The notes under the pieces were generated by a model, which was not told the origin of the DNA, did not search any database, and saw nothing but the letters and a program-made list of their open reading frames with translations. From Chitinophagales bacterium (GTDB lineage Bacteria > Bacteroidota > Bacteroidia > Chitinophagales > LD1), in contig JAEUUZ010000022.1 of assembly GCA_016786765.1 (NCBI GenBank), positions 34,443-98,442 on the forward strand: 64,000 bases of DNA. The letters run 5' to 3'. The translations under genes were made by a program, and so were the position numbers. Of this stretch, positions 21,595-31,933 are shown piece by piece; position 1 is the stretch's first letter; each line of letters starts with the position of its first letter.

Positions 21595-22878
21595 ATGACA
21601 ATTCAATTGAAGATGGGAAAAAAAATACACTGGCTATCAGCCAAAACACTTATTACTACTGCGTTTTCAGCACTTTTGTTGTTTGTTGCAACTTCATCTT
21701 ATGCAGCCGATGCTGCACAAGTGGCTGAAGGGAAAAAATTGTTTAAATCCAATTGTGCCAGCTGTCACAATCCTTTAACTGCGGGCACCGGGCCGGCTTT
21801 GAAGGGCGTAACAGCTCGTTGGGAAGCAGCAGGTGCTTACCAAGGCAAAAGCGGAAAAGAATGGTTGCACGCATGGATTAAAAACTATAACACACCGGTA
21901 GGAGCGAAGTATCCATACGCTGTGGAGATGAGTAATTACTCTCCTTCTGCCATGAACTTGTTCCCGGCATTGAAAGACGAGGACATCGACAAAATCTTGT
22001 TGTATGTCGATAATTCAGAAGTTACACCTACACCTCCTCCTGGTGGTCCAACTGCAGGTACTACAACTCAAGCACCTAAAGAAGAAAACAGCACAGTATT
22101 GTATCTGTTTGTTGCTCTTTTAGTGGTTCTAGCAGCCATCTTAGTTGGAGTTGCTCGTAAATTAGATAACGTAGTAGAAACAGCTAAAGGAAATGCACCT
22201 GCAGCTAGTGTTCCATTTTGGAAAAATACGAAATTCAGAGTAGCCGCATTATTGTTGTTCTTGGTATGGGGTGGTTTCTACTTAGCAGATAACGCAATTC
22301 GCTTGGGTCGTCAACAAGGGTATCAACCAACACAGCCAATTCGTTATAACCACGCATTGCACGCGGGTAAGCATAAAATCGACTGTCAGTATTGCCATAC
22401 TTCAGCAGCTAAAGGAAAAGCAGCAGGTATTCCTTCGTTGAATACTTGTATGAACTGTCACAAAAACGTTCAAAAAGGACCTGAGTACGGTACAGAAGAA
22501 ATCGCTAAAATCTACGATGCAGTAGGTTGGGATGTGAAAACACAGAAATATGTACGTCCTGCTCGTCCGGTACAATGGATTAGAATTCACAACTTGCCTG
22601 ATCACGTTTACTTCAATCACGCTCAACACGTTGTAGCGGGTAAAGTAGCTTGTCAAACTTGCCACGGTCCAATTCAAGAAATGAAAGAAGTATATCAATT
22701 CGCTCCACTTTCAATGGGATGGTGTGTAAATTGTCACCGTCAAACTGAGGTGCAGTTTGGAGGAAACAACTATTACAGTACTTACGAGAAACTACACGAG
22801 CAGTTGAAAAACAAAACTATCGACAAGGTTACTGTAGAGAAAATCGGAGGTACAGAGTGTGCTAAATGTCACTATTAA
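21595..22878 (+). CDS. actA: Alternative complex III multiheme cytochrome c subunit (monoheme + pentaheme)
   Basis: Six CxxCH motifs (CASCH, CQYCH, CMNCH, CQTCH, CVNCH, CAKCH); first gene of the canonical ACIII order. Confidence 0.92.
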   Translation: MTIQLKMGKKIHWLSAKTLITTAFSALLLFVATSSYAADAAQVAEGKKLFKSNCASCHNPLTAGTGPALKGVTARWEAAGAYQGKSGKEWLHAWIKNYNTPVGAKYPYAVEMSNYSPSAMNLFPALKDEDIDKILLYVDNSEVTPTPPPGGPTAGTTTQAPKEENSTVLYLFVALLVVLAAILVGVARKLDNVVETAKGNAPAASVPFWKNTKFRVAALLLFLVWGGFYLADNAIRLGRQQGYQPTQPIRYNHALHAGKHKIDCQYCHTSAAKGKAAGIPSLNTCMNCHKNVQKGPEYGTEEIAKIYDAVGWDVKTQKYVRPARPVQWIRIHNLPDHVYFNHAQHVVAGKVACQTCHGPIQEMKEVYQFAPLSMGWCVNCHRQTEVQFGGNNYYSTYEKLHEQLKNKTIDKVTVEKIGGTECAKCHY

Positions 22879-22945
22879 TCAATAGCAATTTAGAAATCAA
22901 TTAGTGCTTTAATTATAAAAAAGTCAGCGTTTAAAAAGATATAGC

Positions 22946-25900
22946 ATGGAAAAAAACTACTGGAAAGGAATCGAAGAGTTGGAGCAAAGCCCCGCTTTTG
23001 TTGCCCAGTTAGATAAGGAGTTCGCCAGCGAATTGCCTGCATTGGATTCTGTTGTAGAGCCTATCAGCACTACTGCTTCAACAAATCGTAGAGATTTCTT
23101 GAAAATGTTAGGCTTTAGTGTTACTGCTGCAGCTATTGCCACTGCATGTGAAATGCCTGTGCGTAAATCAATTCCTTATGCATTGAAACCGGAAGAAGTC
23201 ATTCCGGGTGTAGCTAACTATTATGCGTCTACATTCTATCAAGGTGGCGACTACGCTTCTGTGTTGGTTAAAACACGTGAGGGTCGTCCTATCAAGATTG
23301 AAGGCAATAAATTATCTGTTGTAACAAAAGGCGGAACATCGGCTAGAGCACAGGCATCTGTGTTGAGTTTGTATGATGGAGCGCGTTACACCGGTCCTAA
23401 AAAAGGAAAAGAAAGTATTTCTTGGGAAAAAGCGGATGCTGAAATCGGAGCAAAATTAAATGCTATCAGCGCTGCCGGAGGTAAAATTGTTTTATTCTCT
23501 TCTTCAGTAGCTTCTCCTTCTACAGCAGCAGCTATCGAAGGTTTTGTAGCGAAATATAAAGCAGAGCACTTAGTAAACGATGCAGTATCTTATGCAGGAA
23601 TTTTGGACGCTAACGAGAAATCGTTTGGTGTTCGTGCTATTCCTTCTTACAGCTTTGATAAGGCTTCTGTAATTGTAAGCTTAGGTTGCGATTTCTTGGG
23701 TACATGGTTATCGCCTGTAGAATTTGCAGCAGACTGGGCTAAAAACAGAAAAGTAAATGCCGAGAACAGAAAAATGTCTCGTCATATTCAAGTTGAATCT
23801 ACATTAACCCTTACAGGAGCTAGTGCCGATCAACGTATTGTTTGCAAACCAAACGAAGAATCATTACACGCAGTTGAATTGTTGAAAGCAGTTTCAGGCG
23901 CAGGTTCTTCTAACGAAAAAATAAACGCAGTAGCGAAAGAATTATTGGCAGCTAAAGGTTCTTCTTTAGTAGTTTCAGGTTCTAACGATGCGAATGTACA
24001 AGTGGTAGTGAACGCTATCAACAATACATTAGGCAACTACGGCACCACACTTTCTTTTGCGAATAGCTACAACACGAAAACCGGTTCTGATAAAGCATTA
24101 GCGTCATTGTTAGAAGGCTTATCAAACGGTTCTACTAAAGCTGTTCTTTTCTTCGATGCAAATCCATTATTAACGCATCCAATGGCCGATAAATTGGCTG
24201 AGGCTTTGAAAAAAGCGGAATTGAGTGTTTCGTTCAGTAACAGAAGAGACGAAACATCTGAGGCTTGTACTTATGTTTGTCCGGATTCTCACTGGTTAGA
24301 GTCTTGGAACGATGTGTCGCCTAAAAAAGGAATATACAATATCGCTCAACCTACTATCTCTAAATTATTCGATACACGTCAGGCACAAGATACATTGTTG
24401 AAATGGTCTGGTGTTGAAACTTCATACTACGATTTCATCCGTTCCAATTGGGAGCGTTCGGTATATCCGAATCAAAAAAGAACCGTTGGCTTTGACGGAT
24501 TCTGGGATATCGCAGTGCATGATGGTGAAGTAGTTACTTCAGGTGGTGGAGAAGCGTCATTCAAAGGTGGTGCTGAAGAGGCAGCATCTGCAGTAGCAGC
24601 AGCTTACAGCAAAGGTGGCGATGTTCAAATTAAATTATACGAATCAGTAGCAGCCGGAAACGGTTTCTGGGCTGATAATCCTTTCTTACAAGAATTACCG
24701 GATCCAATTACGAAAGTATGTTGGGATAACTACCTAAGTGTACCGGTGTCTTGGGCGAAGAAAAACGGTATCAAAAACGATTTGGAATTGAAAGATTACA
24801 CTATCGTTGAAGTTACTGCAAACGGAAAAACAATCAAGTTGCCTGCAGTTGCTGTTCCCGGTCAAGCAGAAGGCGCTTTCGGTATCGCAGTTGGATACGG
24901 AAAAACAGTAGTGAACCACGATGAATTGAAAATCGGTGCTAACGCTTATCCGTTCTTAGCTTTAGTGGGCGATAACTTAGTATCTACAACAACAGCTACT
25001 ATCAAAGTAACCGGAGAAACACAAAAATTAGCGATCACACAAACACACCACAACATTACCTTGAAAGGTTTGGGTGGAATTAAGAGACGTGGTGTAGTGA
25101 AAGAAACTACATTGCCGGAATATGTAAAAAGTGCATCTGCCGGAAATGAAGATCGCGAGAAGATCAAAGAAGAAATGGTTACCCTTTACTACGAGCACGA
25201 GAAATCAGGGCACCATTGGACATTAACAGTAGACTTGAACTCTTGTATTGGTTGTGGAGCTTGTGTTACAGCTTGTAACGTAGAAAACAACGTACCGGTG
25301 GTTGGTAAAGATCAAGTGATTCGTTCACGCGAGATGCACTGGTTGCGTATCGACCGTTATTTCACTTACACTGAAATGATTCAAGACGGAGCAGATACTT
25401 TAGCTCCGGAGAAATTGGATGTTGTGTTCCAACCGATGATGTGTCAGCATTGCGATAATGCACCATGCGAAAACGTTTGTCCGGTTGCAGCAACGAACCA
25501 CTCTTCAGAAGGTTTGAACCAAATGGCTTACAACAGATGTATCGGTACGCGTTATTGCGCCAACAACTGTCCGTATAAAGTTAGACGTTTCAACTGGTAC
25601 GATTATCAAGGAGCAGATAGCTTTAACGAGAAAGTTGGTAAAATGTGGGCAAACGAAGGAGCGCTTTCAGGAATTACGCGTGAACTTCATGAGCCGTTAA
25701 CAAGAATGGTATTGAACCCAGACGTAACGGTTCGTTCTAGAGGGGTTATCGAGAAATGTTCTTTCTGCGTCCAGAACTTGCAAGCCGCTAAGTTAACCGC
25801 TAAGAAAGAAAACCGACCATTGAAAGACGGAGAAGCGACTACAGCTTGTACTACAGCTTGTCCTACATCAGCATTGGTATTCGGAGATAGAAACGACAAA

Positions 25901-26020
25901 ACAAGTCAAGTATTCACGTCAATGAATGATGAGCGCGCATTCGGTGTTATCGAAGAGATTCACACTATGCCGAACGTATACTACTTGACCAAAGTTCGTA
26001 ACCGATCAGAAAAAGCATAA
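22946..26020 (+). CDS. actB: ACIII subunit B (Tat-exported molybdopterin-oxidoreductase-like domain + Fe-S domain)
   Basis: NRRDFLK Tat motif; Fe-S motifs CIGCGAC, CQHCDNAPC, CIGTRYC, CSFC. Confidence 0.93.
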   Translation: MEKNYWKGIEELEQSPAFVAQLDKEFASELPALDSVVEPISTTASTNRRDFLKMLGFSVTAAAIATACEMPVRKSIPYALKPEEVIPGVANYYASTFYQGGDYASVLVKTREGRPIKIEGNKLSVVTKGGTSARAQASVLSLYDGARYTGPKKGKESISWEKADAEIGAKLNAISAAGGKIVLFSSSVASPSTAAAIEGFVAKYKAEHLVNDAVSYAGILDANEKSFGVRAIPSYSFDKASVIVSLGCDFLGTWLSPVEFAADWAKNRKVNAENRKMSRHIQVESTLTLTGASADQRIVCKPNEESLHAVELLKAVSGAGSSNEKINAVAKELLAAKGSSLVVSGSNDANVQVVVNAINNTLGNYGTTLSFANSYNTKTGSDKALASLLEGLSNGSTKAVLFFDANPLLTHPMADKLAEALKKAELSVSFSNRRDETSEACTYVCPDSHWLESWNDVSPKKGIYNIAQPTISKLFDTRQAQDTLLKWSGVETSYYDFIRSNWERSVYPNQKRTVGFDGFWDIAVHDGEVVTSGGGEASFKGGAEEAASAVAAAYSKGGDVQIKLYESVAAGNGFWADNPFLQELPDPITKVCWDNYLSVPVSWAKKNGIKNDLELKDYTIVEVTANGKTIKLPAVAVPGQAEGAFGIAVGYGKTVVNHDELKIGANAYPFLALVGDNLVSTTTATIKVTGETQKLAITQTHHNITLKGLGGIKRRGVVKETTLPEYVKSASAGNEDREKIKEEMVTLYYEHEKSGHHWTLTVDLNSCIGCGACVTACNVENNVPVVGKDQVIRSREMHWLRIDRYFTYTEMIQDGADTLAPEKLDVVFQPMMCQHCDNAPCENVCPVAATNHSSEGLNQMAYNRCIGTRYCANNCPYKVRRFNWYDYQGADSFNEKVGKMWANEGALSGITRELHEPLTRMVLNPDVTVRSRGVIEKCSFCVQNLQAAKLTAKKENRPLKDGEATTACTTACPTSALVFGDRNDKTSQVFTSMNDERAFGVIEEIHTMPNVYYLTKVRNRSEKA

Positions 26021-26070
26021 TAAAGAAAAAGTAAGATTTAAAGAATCGCTAAACTTAAAAATAAGAAGAA

Positions 26071-27519
26071 ATGCACGCATACGAGTCAGACTTTCGGGAA
26101 CCCTTAATCAACGGTTTAGATAAGAACTATACAAAAATCACTGATGATATCGTAGGACCAACCGAGCGAACGTACAAAGGCTGGTGGCCGTTAATGATTA
26201 TCTTCGGAGCACTTGCCGGATTGTTTGTATTCTGTTTGGGATGGACAGTTTACTACGGTATTGGAGCTTGGGGATTGAACAAAACGGTAGACTGGGCTTG
26301 GGATATTACCAACTTCGTTTGGTGGATTGGTATCGGTCACGCAGGAACCTTGATCTCAGCAATCTTATTGTTGTTCCGTCAGCGTTTCCGTACAGGTATT
26401 AACCGTGCAGCTGAGGCGATGACTATCTTTGCCGTAATTTGTGCCGGTATGTTCCCGGTATTCCACATGGGTCGTGTATGGATGGCTTTCTTTATCTTCC
26501 CTTACCCAAATACAAGAGGTCCATTATGGGTGAACTTTAACTCACCATTGCTTTGGGACGTATTCGCAATCTCGACTTACTTCACCGTATCGTTGTTGTT
26601 CTGGTATTCAGGTTTGATGCCTGACTTCGCTACTATCCGTGATAGAGCAAACGGAAAAACTAGAAAATGGATATATAACATCCTTTCTTTCGGTTGGACA
26701 GGTACTGCTAAACAATGGCAACGTTTCGAGTCGTTATCATTGGTATTGGCAGGTTTGTCTACTCCATTGGTACTATCAGTTCACACGATCGTATCTTTTG
26801 ACTTCGCCACTTCAGTTATTCCTGGATGGCATACAACTATCTTCCCTCCATACTTCGTAGCCGGTGCGATCTTCTCTGGTTTCGCTATGGTGGAAACGTT
26901 GATGTTGATCGTAAGAAAGGTATTTAATTTGGAAGACTATATCACCGTGAACCACATCGAGTCGATGAACAAAATCATCGTATTAACTGGTTCTATCGTG
27001 GGTATCGCATATATCACAGAGATGTTCATCGCTTGGTATTCGGGTTACTTGTATGAGCAGTTTGCTTTCTACAACAGAGCATTAGGTAAATACTGGTGGG
27101 CTTATGCATGGATGATGAGCTGTAACGTATTATCTCCTCAATTGTATTGGTTCAAACCTTTCCGCAGAAATCTTTGGATTACGTTTATCCTATCGATTTT
27201 CGTAAACATTGGTATGTGGTTCGAGCGTTTCGTGATTATCGTTACTTCTTTGGCGGATGACTTCTTGCCTTCAAGCTGGAACTATTTCACACCAACATGG
27301 GTGGATATGGGTATCTATATCGGATCAATCGGATTGTTCATGACCTTGTTCTTGTTGTTCTGCCGTTTCTTCCCGGTAATCGCTATTGCCGAGGTGAAAT
27401 CAGTATTCAGAACTTCATCTGAGGTAGCTAAACGTGAGCGTGCCTTGAAAGACGAAAAACAAAACGGAGGCTTCGTAGGTCACACTACATTTGGAATATT
27501 AGACAAAGACGATAAATAA
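26071..27519 (+). CDS. actC: ACIII subunit C (NrfD/PsrC family quinol-binding membrane subunit)
   Basis: [50 protein letters not shown]. Confidence 0.94.
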   Translation: MHAYESDFREPLINGLDKNYTKITDDIVGPTERTYKGWWPLMIIFGALAGLFVFCLGWTVYYGIGAWGLNKTVDWAWDITNFVWWIGIGHAGTLISAILLLFRQRFRTGINRAAEAMTIFAVICAGMFPVFHMGRVWMAFFIFPYPNTRGPLWVNFNSPLLWDVFAISTYFTVSLLFWYSGLMPDFATIRDRANGKTRKWIYNILSFGWTGTAKQWQRFESLSLVLAGLSTPLVLSVHTIVSFDFATSVIPGWHTTIFPPYFVAGAIFSGFAMVETLMLIVRKVFNLEDYITVNHIESMNKIIVLTGSIVGIAYITEMFIAWYSGYLYEQFAFYNRALGKYWWAYAWMMSCNVLSPQLYWFKPFRRNLWITFILSIFVNIGMWFERFVIIVTSLADDFLPSSWNYFTPTWVDMGIYIGSIGLFMTLFLLFCRFFPVIAIAEVKSVFRTSSEVAKRERALKDEKQNGGFVGHTTFGILDKDDK

Positions 27520-27543
27520 TTTTAAACATTAATCATCACAATA

Positions 27544-28086
27544 ATGGCAACACAAAGCAACAATTACCTTTTAGGATTGTGGGATCATGAAGAAGTATTT
27601 CTTCACGCCATCGAGCATATTCGTCATGACGGAATTGAGATTTATGAGACGTTGACTCCATTCCCGGTTCACGGATTGGAGACTGCTCTAGGATACAGAG
27701 ATACACGTTTGCATACTGCAGGTTTCTTGTTTGGTGCAACCGGAACAACTTTCGCATTATCCATCATGAGCTGGGTGATGACCACCAACTATCCATTGAA
27801 CTTTGGTGGTAAGCCTAATTGGCCATTACCTTCTTTCATCCCGATTACCTTCGAGATGACGGTATTGTTCGCTGCGGTAGGTATGGTATTGACCTATTGT
27901 GTAAGAAACAAACTGTTCCCGGGTTATATCCCTCGAATTTTTGATAAAAGAACAACGGACGATCGTTTTGCTTTGGTATTCGATATCGAAGGAAAATCTG
28001 AGGCTGATGTGGAGCAATTGAAAGCGGTATTGAGCGGTCAAGGTGCTGTAGAAGTTAAGAAGCGAATTTTTTCTGAAAACGAATAA
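27544..28086 (+). CDS. actD: ACIII subunit D (DUF3341)
   Basis: TPFPVHGLETALG, FGGKP, FIPITFEMTVLFAA. Confidence 0.92.
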   Translation: MATQSNNYLLGLWDHEEVFLHAIEHIRHDGIEIYETLTPFPVHGLETALGYRDTRLHTAGFLFGATGTTFALSIMSWVMTTNYPLNFGGKPNWPLPSFIPITFEMTVLFAAVGMVLTYCVRNKLFPGYIPRIFDKRTTDDRFALVFDIEGKSEADVEQLKAVLSGQGAVEVKKRIFSENE

Positions 28087-28096
28087 TCATAGAGCA

Positions 28097-28798
28097 ATGA
28101 TGAAAAATTATTTATATCTATCTGTAATGGCTGTTTTAGTTGCGTTGGTAACTTCATCGTGCAGCCACGACATCAAAAAACCGGGCAAAATTTACATGCC
28201 GGATATGACTTATTCCAACGCTTTGGAACCGTATGCTCAAAGTGTAATTGTGAACGAAAGCGGTGATAGTGCTTCAGCAAGAAAGCCTGTACAAGGAACA
28301 ATTCCACGCGGATGGATTCCTATGGATGAGAACATCAGAAGCAATTCTGCCTACTTACTTTCGTACACGGCTAAAAATCACTTCACACACGATCAAGATA
28401 AATGGCAAGAAGAATACGATAGAGCAGGAGCTACATTGAAAAATCCTCTTCCGTTTACTGACGAGAACAAAGATGCCGGTAAGAAATTATACACTACACA
28501 TTGCGTGAACTGCCATGGCGCAGCCGGTGATGGAGCAGGTAACTTGATTACTTTGGAAGATGGTTCTGATGGTCCTTATACTGCCGTTCCACCAAGTTAT
28601 AAAACAAGATTAACAGAAATCAACGATGGAAATATCTTCTATTCTGTTAGCTACGGAAAAGGTATGATGGGCGGCTACGGTTACTCATTGAATGTAACAG
28701 AAAGATGGCAAGTAATTCAGTATATTAAAAGTTTAGCCGGTGTTGGCGCTACCGCTGTTGCTGCTAAAACAGATTCTACTGCTACTGCAAAAAAATAA
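28097..28798 (+). CDS. actE: ACIII subunit E, monoheme cytochrome c lipoprotein
   Basis: Lipobox SSC, YMPDM, CVNCH, ERWQVIQYIKSL. Confidence 0.9.
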   Translation: MMKNYLYLSVMAVLVALVTSSCSHDIKKPGKIYMPDMTYSNALEPYAQSVIVNESGDSASARKPVQGTIPRGWIPMDENIRSNSAYLLSYTAKNHFTHDQDKWQEEYDRAGATLKNPLPFTDENKDAGKKLYTTHCVNCHGAAGDGAGNLITLEDGSDGPYTAVPPSYKTRLTEINDGNIFYSVSYGKGMMGGYGYSLNVTERWQVIQYIKSLAGVGATAVAAKTDSTATAKK

Positions 28799-28837
28799 GA
28801 CAAATCAGATTCAAAAAAATAATTCAATTATAAAGCG

Positions 28838-30298
28838 ATGACAGAACGTTTTGAATTCACAGACGGAATAAAAAAGACACTTTACATACTCATGGTAGTA
28901 GGTTTAGTGGGATTGTTAGGATCCTTCATCTTGTACCCGGAAAATCAGCATAGCCGATTTTGGACTAACTTGTTAATCAACTCTTATTTCTTCACGGGAA
29001 TAGGCATATTCGGAATCTTCTTTGTAGCTGCCAACACATTGGGCTATAGCGGATGGATTTCTGTGGTGAAACGAGTGGTTATGTCATTGTCAGGTTTCGT
29101 TGTGGTAGGAGCGGTACTTACGCTTGTTATTGTTGGTGCGTCTTACGCTCATTTACATAACTTGTATGACCATTGGATGATTGAAGATCACCGAAAATTA
29201 CTTGACGTTACGAAACAAACATTCTACAATCCTACATTCTGGGCAGCACGTATGGTGCTTTATGTTGTATTATGGGTTGTGTTAGGTAACCGTGTGGTGA
29301 AAGCATTTTCTGCTAAAAACATGAACGACAAAGCAGTGTACAAATGGTCTAAATTATGGGCTGCACTTTGGATTTTAGTATTCGCTGTTACAGAATCGTT
29401 TGCAAGTTGGGATTATGTTATGTGCATCGATCCACATTGGTATTCTACTTTGTTCGGATGGTATAACTTCGCCAGCTACGGTTGTGCAGCATTTGCCTTC
29501 TCTATCTTGTTAGTATTGTTCTTGAAATCGAGAGGGTACTTAGCACAAGTAAACGAAAACCACATCCACGATTTAGGAAAATTCATGTTTGGATTTTCTA
29601 TCTTCTGGACCTACTTGTGGTTCTCTCAATTCATGTTGCAATGGTATGGTAACATGCCGGAGGATACTAACTATTGGGTGAAACGTTTCAACGTTCCTAC
29701 ATTGAAATTCACTATCTTCTTAGCTTTGGCATTGAACTTCTTGTTCCCATTGTTAGTGATTTTGAAAAGAGGTAACAAACGTAACTATAAAATCATTGGA
29801 TTTGCATCTGTAGTTATCATCTTCGGTCACTATTTAGATTTCTTCAACATGGTTGCTTTAGAACCTAATGCTGTTGAAACACATCATGCCGCAAAACACG
29901 AAGCTTCTATTCAAAAAGCTGACTATACTTTATTAGCAGAAAACAAAGGGGCTAAAGAAGCGGTTGCTGCTGCTGAAGCTGTTGCCACTACCGAAGCGGT
30001 TGCTGCTACGGATGCTGCTAAAGAAGAGGTTCACGCTACAGAGGCACATGTTGAACATGCTGCTGAAGCACATGGCGAGCACGCTACAGAAGCTCACGGA
30101 GAACACACTGAAGGACATGGTGAACATGCTGCAGTAACCTCTTATGTTGGTTTAGGTATATTTGAATTAATGGTATTAGCCGGTTTCGTTGGCGCATTCT
30201 TGTTCATGTTCTTCAACACGTTGAGCAAAGAACCATTAATCAACGAGAGCGATCCATATTTGAAAGAATCATTACGTCACCACGTAGAGTACGCTTAA
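28838..30298 (+). CDS. actF: ACIII subunit F, with a His/Ala/Glu-rich insertion
   Basis: WDYVMCIDPHWYSTLFGW, HIHDLGKFMFGFSIFWTYLWFSQFMLQWYGNMPE. Confidence 0.9.
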   Translation: MTERFEFTDGIKKTLYILMVVGLVGLLGSFILYPENQHSRFWTNLLINSYFFTGIGIFGIFFVAANTLGYSGWISVVKRVVMSLSGFVVVGAVLTLVIVGASYAHLHNLYDHWMIEDHRKLLDVTKQTFYNPTFWAARMVLYVVLWVVLGNRVVKAFSAKNMNDKAVYKWSKLWAALWILVFAVTESFASWDYVMCIDPHWYSTLFGWYNFASYGCAAFAFSILLVLFLKSRGYLAQVNENHIHDLGKFMFGFSIFWTYLWFSQFMLQWYGNMPEDTNYWVKRFNVPTLKFTIFLALALNFLFPLLVILKRGNKRNYKIIGFASVVIIFGHYLDFFNMVALEPNAVETHHAAKHEASIQKADYTLLAENKGAKEAVAAAEAVATTEAVAATDAAKEEVHATEAHVEHAAEAHGEHATEAHGEHTEGHGEHAAVTSYVGLGIFELMVLAGFVGAFLFMFFNTLSKEPLINESDPYLKESLRHHVEYA

Positions 30299-30367
30299 TC
30301 AGGTACTTTCAGTGATAGCAATAAACGACACGAGAAAAGAATAATTAGAAAATAGAATAATCAAATT

Positions 30368-31906
30368 ATGACAACTTTATTAGTATTTGGTGCCTTAGTT
30401 TTAATGTATGTAATCTTGGTTTTAATTGGTAAAACCAACGAATTATCGAAATCATTATCGGGCAATCCGAACAGTTATGAGAAAGAAAGCAAGGTAAACG
30501 GCTATTTGATGCTTGCCTTCTTGGTTGGACTATTTTGGTCTATTGCTTTTCAATTAAAGCATTTAGCACCGTTGATGATTCCGAAAGCGGCTTCATATCA
30601 TGGCGAGGAGACCGATAGATTATTCTATGTAACATTGTTCTTCATGACCGTGGTGTTCATCTTAACGCAGATTGCTTTGTTCTACTTTGCATTCCGTTAT
30701 AACGAATCAAGAAACAAAAAGGCGTATTTCTATTCGCATAACAATAAATTAGAGGTAGTTTGGACTATTATTCCTTCTATCGTTCTCACCATTCTTGTTG
30801 TAATGGGTATGCGTGCTTGGTTTAAAATCTTCGATGTTGAAGCTCGCGATAAAAACATGCAAGTAGTTGAGGTTACTGCACAACAATTTAAATGGACATT
30901 ACGTTACCCTGGTACTGATGGTAAATTTGGCGAAAGAATTATTGATAAAGAGCACATTACACCAACCAACGAATTAGGTATCAACTGGAGTGATGCGAAA
31001 AGTCATGACGACTTCTTCTCTGAGCAATTGGTATTGATTAAAGATAAACCGGTATTAGTAAAATTAGGTGCGTTAGATGTAATTCACTCATTCTACTTGC
31101 CGCATTTCCGTGTGAAAATGGACTGTGTTCCGGGTTTACCTACACAATTCTATTTTACACCAAAATATTCTACTAAAGAAATGCAAGAGTACTTAAGTAC
31201 TTTACCTTGGTGGCAAGAAGTGAATCCTACAACAGGATTACCACGTTGGCAAACATTTAAATACGAATTGGCTTGTACTGAGATTTGTGGACGTTCTCAC
31301 TACGGTATGCAAAAAGAAGTGGTTGTATTGGCTAACGAAGCAGAATACAAAGAGTGGATGAAAACACAAACTTCTTACTACGAAACTACAGTAAAAGCTA
31401 CATTGGCAGAGAAGGCTACTGAAGAAGTTAAGCCTACAGCTGAAGTAAGTATTTTCAAAAAAACATTAGCAAGTGGCGTAGAGTTATTAGGCGCATTGTC
31501 TAACGGTATCGAATCAAAATTGATTTCATTTATCGAAGATAAAGGCAAACAAGTTGACAAAACCACTTGGTTTTCTTTCGATCGTTTGTTGTTTGAAACC
31601 GGTAAATCTACCTTGAAACCAGAGTCGCAAGAGCAAGTGAAAAATATGGCTGAGATCTTGAAAGCCTATCCTGCTGTTGAATTGAAAATTGGTGGTTATA
31701 CTGATAATTCTGGTGATGCCAAGAAAAACTTAGCCTTATCTGACGATAGAGCAAAATCGGTATTAGCTGAATTAGTAAAATTAGGCGTTGCCGATTCTCG
31801 TTTGAAAGCAGAAGGTTACGGAGATCAACATCCGGTGGCTGATAACGCTACAGAAGAAGGAAGAGCAAAGAACAGACGTATCGATGTACGTGTTACTAAA
31901 AAATAA
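30368..31906 (+). CDS. ctaC: Cytochrome c oxidase subunit II fused to a C-terminal OmpA-like domain
   Basis: CuA ligands DVIHSF and CTEICGRSHYGM. C-terminus LLFETGKS...KIGGYTDNSG...LSDDRA...GYGDQHP...NRRIDV, in the same frame with no stop. Confidence 0.92.
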   Translation: MTTLLVFGALVLMYVILVLIGKTNELSKSLSGNPNSYEKESKVNGYLMLAFLVGLFWSIAFQLKHLAPLMIPKAASYHGEETDRLFYVTLFFMTVVFILTQIALFYFAFRYNESRNKKAYFYSHNNKLEVVWTIIPSIVLTILVVMGMRAWFKIFDVEARDKNMQVVEVTAQQFKWTLRYPGTDGKFGERIIDKEHITPTNELGINWSDAKSHDDFFSEQLVLIKDKPVLVKLGALDVIHSFYLPHFRVKMDCVPGLPTQFYFTPKYSTKEMQEYLSTLPWWQEVNPTTGLPRWQTFKYELACTEICGRSHYGMQKEVVVLANEAEYKEWMKTQTSYYETTVKATLAEKATEEVKPTAEVSIFKKTLASGVELLGALSNGIESKLISFIEDKGKQVDKTTWFSFDRLLFETGKSTLKPESQEQVKNMAEILKAYPAVELKIGGYTDNSGDAKKNLALSDDRAKSVLAELVKLGVADSRLKAEGYGDQHPVADNATEEGRAKNRRIDVRVTKK

Positions 31907-31933
31907 TTTATTCTCAAAAACAACATAGATAAT

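Noticed and set aside
22946-26020. Active molybdoenzyme (formate/DMSO reductase type)
   Set aside because: The operon context is ACIII, and ActB is known to keep the fold without a molybdenum cofactor.
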